The translations under genes and the position numbers were made by a program. A stretch of DNA of 64,000 nucleotides from Bilabrum cf. latius (Eukaryota): contig OZ237759.1 in NCBI GenBank assembly GCA_965178125.1, forward strand, positions 868,001 through 932,000. The letters run 5' to 3'. Each line of letters opens with the position of its first letter. Within the stretch, counting starts at the first letter, position 1. Shown one piece after another: positions 50,882 through 60,244 of this stretch. The notes beneath the pieces were generated by a model, which saw nothing but the letters and a program-made list of their open reading frames with translations, ran no database searches and was not told the origin of the DNA.

Positions 50882-51433
50882 TACCAAATTAAATGCATTT
50901 CCGCCCACCTGCCACGGCCATAAACTTGCTTATATTGCTATAAGTGTGATTCCTGTGTTTGGTCGTGAAGCACGGCGGGTGAACCTAGAGTGCTACCAAA
51001 GCCAGATCGGTTGGTTCAACGCCGAACTTATTAAAGTCATGATTCAGATTAAGCGGACATCCAGCATGGCCATGCAAACCGCATCCTCGTACGAGTGATC
51101 GCCACCTTTGTGACGGGCATTTGCAATATGATATTTTTAGTAAACAATCAGCACGTCACAATGCTATGCACGGTCGATCAGCACATACGGGCATACACAC
51201 CCCATAGACCAACCGGGGGTTATATACAGTGTGAGATACGGTATCATGACAGAGTTTGGCTTATTGGTTCAGCCGTTTGTGTCGCGGAATCGCTACGCTG
51301 TCCTGATATTGCGTTTGAGATGACCCCGACGTGCTCGTTCAATTTGCTTGCCATCCGTACCGTTGTGCGTAGACAAGCGCTCGTACTGCCGATATATTTC
51401 ATAATGTCTATTGTTTTCCGCAGAGCAAGCACA

Positions 51434-54400
51434 ATGGCTGATCCCTCGAACTAGTTGCGAAAGCAGCGACAAATGGCTGCCATCGCTGTTGAATCCAAGG
51501 ATGCCGAAGAACGCAAAGAAGACGCAATGCTCCCTAGCGAACGGCCAGATGATTGGAAAGAAGATGAAAACATGGTGAGATCCTCAGGCGACTCCCGTAG
51601 TTATGTTTGTTTTCTATTTTGTTGCGTGACGGCCACGTTCGTGTTCTTGTGGCCACGTCGAAATCGCAGGCAGAGGAAGACCGGCTGCTGAAAGAGCGGC
51701 TTGAGACTGCGCTTGATGTGCTTCTGGATGCGGGCGCATCTATTCCCCTGCGGACTGCTGCGCTTCGCATACTCAGATCGGAGGTCAGGTCCTCCACCTC
51801 AAGCATGACGGCAGTGCCGAAGCCTTTGAAGTACTTGGCCCCATTTTACGAGCGAATTAAGTCCAGCTTCCTATCAATCGATGGCCCTCGACTTGGTGAG
51901 CACAGCTTCGCGCTAGGCAGCGACGAGGACCCCGTAGCGGCAGCAAAGCAGGCAGCTCTGGTCGTTGATGGCGAGGCTTGGGAGCCCGGGTCCTCCAAGG
52001 CCGAATCGGGGGGTCAGGCTGCATCGGGGACAGGTGCCGATGCCTCTAGTGATGAAAAGAAGGGGTCATCCAAGTCTGGCCCCGGCAAGAAGGCGCCCAA
52101 GGGGGCAGCCTCGGTGCAGGAGGCCCTCAAGGAGCCCATTGAGGGCGTCACCGAGACGCAGTTCCGTAGGTCCTTCGCTGACCTGCTGTCCGTCCTGGCC
52201 ATGGTGGGTGGGCGGGAAAACAGAGAGTGTCTGCGGTTCAAGATGCTCGGTCACCCCGCGGACGTGGGTCACTGGGGCCACGAGCACACCCGTGCGCTGG
52301 CCGGGGAGATCGCGCATGAGTACCAGGACAGGCTGCAGAAAGCCGAGCAGCAGATGGAGGACGGGGGGGGTGAAGTACCCTCGGACATCGATGTGTCCAG
52401 CCTGGTGGACGCCAGCGACCTGCTGTCCCTCGCAGCCCGCATCGTGCCGTACAACATGGCGCACAATGCCGAGGCTGAGGCTGTGGACCTGCTCCTCGAG
52501 ACGGGGCGGCTCAAGACCCTGCCCTCTTCCGGTTTCATCGACAAGCGGAACGTTGCTAGGGTGTGTTTGTACCTAGTGCGGTGCGCTGACTATACCGGTG
52601 ACGAGGAGGAGCGCATCGAGATCCTCTCGGTGGCATATGCCCTTTACCTGCAGTAGGCCAGGCACGCAGATGCCATGCGAGTCGCCCTGCGCATGGCCGA
52701 CAAGGGCCGGGTGCTGCGCGCATTCCGGGCGTGCCGGGACAAGGGCGTTCGTCTTCAACTCGGCTTTCTGCTCGGCCAGCACGGCTTCCGTGCCGTCGGC
52801 CACGGCGCGGACGAGGACGAGGACGACGTGGAGGAGCCGGACATCGGTGTCATCGGCGAGGGCGACGATGAGCTGGGCGGCAAGGGCTCTGCGCAAGCCA
52901 GGATGTCTGACCAAGGAGAACCCCCGGCAGCGGTGCCGCTGACCATCTCGCTGAGCAAGACGGAGAGCCTGACCTTCGGTGCAGGCGTGCTGGACGACGA
53001 GCAGGCAGGCGAGCTGGAGGACGACGTGAAGGACGCTATCGGGAACTGCATGCGGCACAAGCACTACCGGGCGCTGGCACAAGAGATGGGCGTCGACGAG
53101 CCAAAGAGCTCGGAGCAGGTGTACAAGACAAAACTTACGGATGAGTCGCGCCTTGCCACCCGAGGCAGGGAGGAACAGGTGCGCCTGGACAGCGCCCGCG
53201 GCAATCTGGCTGCTTCCTACGTGAGCGGGTTCGTGAATCTTTCTCTGGGTAAGGACAAGGTCATCACGCAGAAGGACGAGCACGGGCGCGAGTGGTGGCA
53301 GAGACAGAAGGGCAACGGCATGTCTGCAGCTGCCGCTGGGCACGCGCTGCTGCACCTGTGGGACTACGAGGCCTTGAACGAGGCCGAGCGGTTCACCAAT
53401 GCCACCGATGCAGAGGTGCGAGCTGGAGGCGTGCTGGGCTACGGCATCATCCCTTGCTCCATCGCGAGCGAGGATGACGCCAGCATCGGGATGCTCGATG
53501 AGTACATCGCTGGCGAAGCAGCGGCTGGGAAGAGCCACGCCGAACGATGCGCTGCCCTGCAAGCTCTCGGTCTCGCGTATGCTGGCACCGGCAGGATGGA
53601 TGTCGCAGAGATGCTTATCCCATACGTAGAAGACCTTGGCCCCGACATGAAGAACAAGCTAGATTGCGATCTGGTCTGCAACGCGGCCTTCTCCCTGGGC
53701 ATGGTGATGGCAGGCACCGCTGACGAGGACGCCACCATTGCACTGCAATCCATCCTGGTAGAGCCCCCGGAGCCGCTGCTGGAGCACCCTCTCCGGAGGC
53801 ACCTGGCTGTTGCGCTCGGGTTGGTGTACATGCAGCGAGGAGTAGCGGCCGAGGACGCGCTGGAGATCATGGCTGCCGCTGGAGAGGAGTCCCCGCTCGG
53901 ACGCGAGGCTGCACTGCTTCTCCGAGCCTGTGCATTTGCGGGCACCGGCGATGTCCTCCAGGTGCAGCGCATGCTGCATGCTTGCGCCGAGCACCCCATG
54001 AAGGATCGGCTTGCAGCCGTGGCGAAGATGAAGAAGGAGCGCAAGGAGAACCAGGCCGAGCAACAGGCTAGGCAAGCGCAGCGGGGCGCAAGTTCAGGGG
54101 CTGGTGCCGCTGCAGGGGGTGCCGCCGGTGGCGGGCAGGATGACGACGATGAGGAGATGCAGCGTGAGGAGGAGAAGGCTGCAGACCCAGCGAAGTATGC
54201 ATTCTAGACGGTGGCTGCCCTTTGCCTGGGTGTCATTACGATGGGGGAGGGGCTCGGCACTCAGATGCTTGGACGGGTGGTGGATCACCTGCTTCAGTAC
54301 GGCGATCCTGCGGTCAGGAGGGGCGTCCCTCTTGCTCTCGCCATGGCGTATGCTTCCAATGCGGACTACGGCGTGATCGACACGCTCTCCAAGCTGTCCC

Positions 54401-55119
54401 ATGACGGCGATGCAGGCACGGCACGGAATGCAGTCCTCGCCATGGGCATCATTGGAGCAGGCACCAACAACAGCAGGCTGGCCGGCATGCTGCGGCAATT
54501 GTCTGTCTTCAACAAGCAAGATGGAGAGTCGCTTTTCATCGTCCGGCTGGCGCAGGGGCTGCTGGCCATGGGACAGGGCCTCGTCACCGTGAACCCATTC
54601 CACAGCGACGGCATGCTGCTCAAGACGCCGGCAGCTGGTGCGCTGCTAGCTGTGGCCCTTTGCGGGCTGGATCTGGACCGTACCGTGTTGGCGCAGCACC
54701 ACCTGCAGCTGTTCAACATTGTCCCGGCCATCTCTCCCAGGATGGTGGTGACCCTGGACGCCAGAGATGCCGACGAGATGGTGCGCGTGGATGTGCGTGT
54801 TGGTACTGCGGTGGAGACTGTGGGGCAGGCGGGCCGCCCCAAGACAATCACTGGGTTCCAGACCCACCAGACCCCAGTGCTCCTGGCTGCCAAGGACCGC
54901 GCCGAGATCGCCCCCACAGACCAGTGGGTGCCCCTCACCTCAACGCTGGAAGGTGTGGTGCTGCTGAGGCGGGTAGAGGACGCGTCCATGGATGACGCGG
55001 TGAGGGCAGCTGGCGTGGGTGAAGTGGATGAGGACCAGCGGAAGGCGGTGGAGAACAAGGGTAGCCCCAAGCCGAAGCGGAAGGCTAGTGTGGCTACTGG
55101 TACCGATCCGTACGACTGA
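51434..55119 (+). CDS. PSMD2: 26S proteasome regulatory subunit RPN1; exons 51434-51574, 51670-55119
   Basis: AEEDRLLKERLE, RSSTSSMTAVPKPLKYL, WGHEHTRALAGEI, HNAEAEAVDLLLE, DSARGNLAASYVSGFVN, PC repeats, DTLSKLSHD, AGTNNSRLAGMLRQL, VGQAGRPKTITGFQTHQTPVLL. Three TAGs. Confidence 0.95.
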
Positions 55120-55520
55120 GTCTATGTGATGACTTGCTGCTATGCCACATAGATCTAGCCCTACATCCAAATATTATTTTTTTTTATCGCGGGTATCGGT
55201 TGTTAATGGATCAATGCAGCGTTTCACGTGGAACTTACGTAGATGGAGAGAGGGTAGGCCGAGGCCGAAAAAGAATCCGGATCTACGAAGATCTTAAAGT
55301 TAAATAGCCTGAGGCCCGAGAACAGCCCGCGTTTTGCATGCCACTAGGTCCAGAATATCTGGTTAAGGTCATATGCATGGAGAGCTAAGAACAGCAGTAT
55401 GACAAAAGTACAAACATCCACATCAGGATTATGGGCGGCTGCTGCAGACTAAAATCCTTATGTCGACTTGGACAATCAGATTATATCGCATTTCAGATTT
55501 GAATCTCCATTCATGTCCCT

Positions 55521-55724
55521 ATCCATGGCCCTCTCGTCCGATCCACCAAACACCACACTGGCTGGCCCCATCCATAGCCTCTTCCACGTCCCAATCCATG
55601 GCCCTCTCGTCCGATCCACCAAACACCACACTGGCTGGCCCCATCCATAGCCTCTTCCACGTCCCCATCCATGCCCCTCTCGTCCGATCCACCAAACACC
55701 ACACTGGCTGGCCCCATCCATAGC
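55521..55724. repeat. Subtelomere-like tandem repeat, 73-bp unit, ~2.8 copies
   Basis: The unit ATCCATGGCCCTCTCGTCCGATCCACCAAACACCACACTGGCTGGCCCCATCCATAGC... starts at 55521, 55594 and 55667, then runs into the TTAGGG array. Confidence 0.92.
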
Positions 55725-55727
55725 TAC

Positions 55728-56270
55728 GGGTTAGGGTTAGGGTTAGGGTTAGGGTTAGGGTTAGGGTTAGGGTTAGGGTTAGGGTTAGGGTTAGGGTTAG
55801 GGTTAGGGTTAGGGTTAGGGTTAGGGTTAGGGTTAGGGTTAGGGTTAGGGTTAGGGTTAGGGTTAGGGTTAGGGTTAGGGTTAGGGTTAGGGTTAGGGTT
55901 AGGGTTAGGGTTAGGGTTAGGGTTAGGGTTAGGGTTAGGGTTAGGGTTAGGGTTAGGGTTAGGGTTAGGGTTAGGGTTAGGGTTAGGGTTAGGGTTAGGG
56001 TTAGGGTTAGGGTTAGGGTTAGGGTTAGGGTTAGGGTTAGGGTTAGGGTTAGGGTTAGGGTTAGGGTTAGGGTTAGGGTTAGGGTTAGGGTTAGGGTTAG
56101 GGTTAGGGTTAGGGTTAGGGTTAGGGTTAGGGTTAGGGTTAGGGTTAGGGTTAGGGTTAGGGTTAGGGTTAGGGTTAGGGTTAGGGTTAGGGTTAGGGTT
56201 AGGGTTAGGGTTAGGGTTAGGGTTAGGGTTAGGGTTAGGGTTAGGGTTAGGGTTAGGGTTAGGGTTAGGG
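55728..56270 (+). repeat. Telomeric repeat tract (TTAGGG)90, internal to the contig
   Basis: Uninterrupted TTAGGG from 55731 to 56270 (540 bp), G-rich strand on +. Confidence 0.98.
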
Positions 56271-56330
56271 TATCTAATATAAAGTCAGGGACAGGGTCGG
56301 GGAAAAAATATTTTCATCTTCAATATTTGT

Positions 56331-57561
56331 CGAAAAACGACGTGCTACGATCTCGGTAACTACAGGTGATATGAAGACCGTTCAAACTGCATCGGGACGG
56401 CCTGGGGGCACAACATGGGCCAAATGTTCCCCAGGTTCCGTTCTGGCCGCGCGGCGCCGATATGGGTGTATGAAGAATTTCACACCGAAAAACGACGTGC
56501 TACGATCTCGGCAACTACAGGTGATATGAAGACCGTTCAAACTGCATCGGGACGGCCTGGGGGCACAACATGGGCCAAATGTTCCCCAGGTTCCGTTCTG
56601 GCCGCGCGGCGCCGATATGGGTGTATGAAGAATTTCACACCGAAAAACGACGTGCTACGATCTCGGCAACTACAGGTGATATGAAGACCGTTCAAACTGC
56701 ATCGGGACGGCCTGGGGGCACAACATGGGCCAAATGTTCCCCAGGTTCCGTTCTGGCCGCGCGGCGCCGATATGGGTGTATGAAGAATTTCACACCGAAA
56801 AACGACGTGCTACGATCTCGGCAACTACAGGTGATATGAAGACCGTTCAAACTGCATCGGGACGGCCTGGGGGCACAACATGGGCCAAATGTTCCCCAGG
56901 TTCCGTTCTGGCCGCGCGGCGCCGATATGGGTGTATGAAGAATTTCACACCGAAAAACGACGTGCTACGATCTCGGCAACTACAGGTGATATGAAGACCG
57001 TTCAAACTGCATCGGGACGGCCTGGGGGCACAACATGGGCCAAATGTTCCCCAGGTTCCGTTCTGGCCGCGCGGCGCCGATATGGGTGTATGAAGAATTT
57101 CACACCGAAAAACGACGTGCTACGATCTCGGCAACTACAGGTGATATGAAGACCGTTCAAACTGCATCGGGACGGCCTGGGGGCACAACATGGGCCAAAT
57201 GTTCCCCAGGTTCCGTTCTGGCCGCGCGGCGCCGATATGGGTGTATGAAGAATTTCACACCGAAAAACGACGTGCTACGATCTCGGCAACTACAGGTGAT
57301 ATGAAGACCGTTCAAACTGCATCGGGACGGCCTGGGGGCACAACATGGGCCAAATGTTCCCCAGGTTCCGTTCTGGCCGCGCGGCGCCGATATGGGTGTA
57401 TGAAGAATTTCACACCGAAAAACGACGTGCTACGATCTCGGCAACTACAGGTGATATGAAGACCGTTCAAACTGCATCGGGACGGCCTGGGAGCACAACA
57501 TGGGCCAAATGTTCCCCAGGTTCCGTTCTGGCCGCGCGGCGCCGATATGGGTGTATGAAGA
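56331..57561. repeat. 155-bp tandem repeat, ~8 near-identical copies
   Basis: The unit CGAAAAACGACGTGCTACGATCTCGGCAACTACAGG...GTATGAAGAATTTCACAC recurs every 155 bp (56331, 56486, 56641...). I see only two single-base variants, in the first and last copies. Confidence 0.97.
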
Positions 57562-57813
57562 TTTGCATGTTTATTCAATATGCATGGTTTATCTGTCAAT
57601 TGTAGAATGGGTATGGTGTACATGACAGTTGTATTTGCTGTGTGGATTGCTTTGATCTAAGGTATTAACTGGTTGACACGTCAAGACTCAACAGAATGCC
57701 TCCCGGCTCCTAATGCTGCGTCCGAATGGGTCAATGGCAGACACTTTGGCAAACTCCTCTCACAAGCTGGCCCAGCTGCCACTGACCTCAATTGCCGTCC
57801 CCCTGCCTGCCTC

Positions 57814-59352
57814 TCACTCGTCACCGAAAGCTGCTAGGAGCGCTTCCACAGCGTCGACGTCTGCCGCATTGAGATCTCCTTTCGCCGTCTTCTCGAGGGC
57901 CGTCATCAGGTTTGCGAACATTTCCAACTCGCGGTCCCTCTCTTCAATTGTTGCCTCCACGTCCTCGCGCATGTCTTTGAGAGTCCGGCTGACGCCCATC
58001 GCGCTGTCATCGCAGGCAGCAAGGATGCGGTCCACCAGGTGCCGCTGCTAGTCGGTGAAGGCGGTGTCCTCCATTCCACTGTTGTTGTCAGAGTCGTCTT
58101 GCTGGTTCTGGCCGTCGTTTTCTTCTTCCTCAACCAGCTGCTCCTCATCCTCCTCGTCCTGCTGCTCAAACCCCATTGGAGCGTCGTCCTCGTCCTGCTC
58201 TCCAGCTGCGTCTGCGCGGTACCGACCACCGATGTCCTCTTCATCTTCGTCAGAGTCCTGACGAGGCAGTGATGCTGCTGCTCCACTCCTTGCGCCACTT
58301 GCTCCCCTTTTCTCCTGTTCAACGGCGCGGCGTGCTCCTCTGCCATTGCCTGGTTGGACGACTGCCGGTCGCTCGGGCTGCCTCTATGCCCGCGGCTCAG
58401 CCTCAGCCGCCTTCTTGCCCTTTGACTCTGCCGGTTGTGCACCCTTGCCCTTCGCCTTGCCCTTCGACTTGCCCTTCGACTTGCCCTTCGACTTGCCCGC
58501 GGCCTTGGTCCTGGCCTTTGCCTTGGCCTTTGCCTTGGCCTTTCTCTCGGCCTCCGCCTCTCGCTTGGCTCTGAGAAGATCGTTGTTCAGTCGCTCGGTC
58601 GATGAGTCGCTGGACTCTGAGCCGTCTGTATCCGGCTCACCCCGTGCTTTCCGGGCCGTGTAGGCCCTCTGGCCCTTCACATTGTTGTCGGGGTTGTCCT
58701 CGTCCTCATCGTCGTCGTCGTCCATGGCACTCCGTTTGCCCTTCCGAGCACGGGATGCCCCACTCGGCGAGGTAGCAGCGGCTCCCGAAGAGCCACCTTG
58801 ATCTCCTGCTGCAGCCCCGGCAGAGTCCTTGACTGCCATGTCGAACACCTCTATGAATACAGCCTCCATGCCTCCGCGTGCACGTACAGAGGCCGTCCCA
58901 GCTCCATTATCGCAGATGAACTTGAGCACGTTCTTGAAGCGCCTGCGCAAGCCGTCTAAGCCTGCCTTGAAGAATGGGTTTGTGGTGGTGGAGTAGCCAC
59001 ACTCGCGCAGAGCCGTGAGAAGCTGCTTCATCTTCCGAAAGCCTGGCCAGTCGGAGCTGCTGGCTGACGCGTCTGGGCACAGGCGGCTGTTCAGCGCTGT
59101 GAGCACGCCAAATGGCACCTCAAACTCATCCAGCGCCAGCATGGCATCCACGCAGGCCCTGATGCCCTCCCTCTTGGTCCCTTCGTAGTGCTCCGAAGAT
59201 CCGCAGAGCAGCCCGCAATCCTGGTGGAGGCCCACGAGGGAGATAAGCAGGATCTGCTTGGCCGCGGAAGTGTCGACGCCTGAAGCCAGGGAGGCCACGA
59301 CAGGGCGAGATGCCTTGGTGTGCTTGGCGCTGTAGCTCTTTGCGGCGGCCAT
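57814..59352 (-). CDS. Orphan protein (~512 aa) with basic KAK/KSKG repeats, acidic tracts and a C-terminal coiled coil
   Basis: ATG 59352 (MAAAKSYSAK) joins ORF 57814..58035 through two TAGs (58384, 58048); TGA at 57814. Confidence 0.7.
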
Positions 59353-59590
59353 AGTACTCTGCGGTGCCAGGGGAACACGGGTGAGGTCACGAACAGGTGC
59401 TTGGATGCGACAGGGAACACGGGCACGAGACCCAGGGTTACTCCTGGACAAGCTCGAGGGCAAAAAAAAAAAAAAAGGCACCCACATAACCCCGCGCACT
59501 CGGTCTCAGACCTGGGACCCATGATGTTGGGTCGATCCCCCAGTCGTGGGGGGAACGGACCCCAGCCCAGAAAAAAAATTAAAAAAAGAT

Positions 59591-59670
59591 CGCCCCAACG
59601 GGAATCGAACCTCGGGGGTAGGCCGGGGTGCGATTACCAACCGTACGCAATACCACTACACCACCACAGC
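59591..59670 (-). ncRNA. Degenerate tRNA-like Pol III unit (A box + B box + oligo-T terminator)
   Basis: Minus strand GCTGTGG-TGGTGTAGTGG(A box)...GGTTCGATTCC(B box)-CGTTGGGGCG followed by T7 (59581-59587). Acceptor and anticodon stems do not pair properly. Confidence 0.5.
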
Positions 59671-60244
59671 AACCCACGCGAAACCGAAAAAAAATTACAG
59701 ATTCGCATCAAAAGTGCACGCAACTTGCACTTGTCACGCCGAAACCTACCCGTTCACCCAACGAGCAGCGCGAAATCAGAAACACTCATATTGCGCTCCT
59801 TGTATTCAATTGCAGAGGCGCATACTTGGCATATAGCTACTATAGCATATTGTGCATACAACCCTAAAGCAAACGTGAGTCAAATCGATGGGGTATGCGT
59901 GGGGATTGCCTTGCGCAATGCGCTTGCTGCAACGTGGTTCAGACGTTTGCCTCAATTGCGCGACGGCAAGCACTCGTTGGAACTAATCTCGCGCATATTA
60001 TCAAATAATATAACATACTGCAAACAATTGCGCGGCGATATATAGGCTGCGCGCCCAATGCTCACTTTGCTTGCGGTAGGTGTGCTGCGACAACATTTGT
60101 GGTGGCCCGGATCAGGTTGCGGAACCTGATGCGCGGCACCGCCGTGACGAGTGCGCCACCAGGGAACAACGCATCGTACCATCATACTAATCACATCCCA
60201 AGTATATTATATATCCTTGTGGCATCTCTGTCCGCAGTCTGGTC

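Noticed and set aside
681-55119. Interpreting the many short same-frame ORFs as pseudogenes or separate small genes
   Set aside because: All breaks are TAG, with no frameshifts and no TAA/TGA. They include essential genes and fall on conserved Gln positions.
16420-55285. Recurrent ATCCGGA(T) words in intergenic DNA (~16432, 16506, 38098, 38130, 48202, 55275) as a regulatory motif
   Set aside because: The word is a short palindrome that also occurs in coding sequence; enrichment cannot be established by eye.
55671-56282. 203-aa (GL)n ORF
   Set aside because: This is just the translation of the TTAGGG tract; with TAG=Gln all three plus frames are open.
56331-57561. CRISPR array, tandem 5S rRNA or hammerhead ribozyme array; repeated 89-aa ORFs
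   Set aside because: There are no variable spacers. Only scattered 5S-like words occur (GATCTCGG, GCCTGGG) without the internal promoter or helix pattern. There is no CTGANGA core on either strand. The ORFs are by-products of the repeat.
59591-59670. Functional tRNA, in particular the tRNA-Gln(CUA) needed for the recoding
   Set aside because: Acceptor and anticodon stems do not pair, and no CTA sits in a canonical 7-nt anticodon loop.
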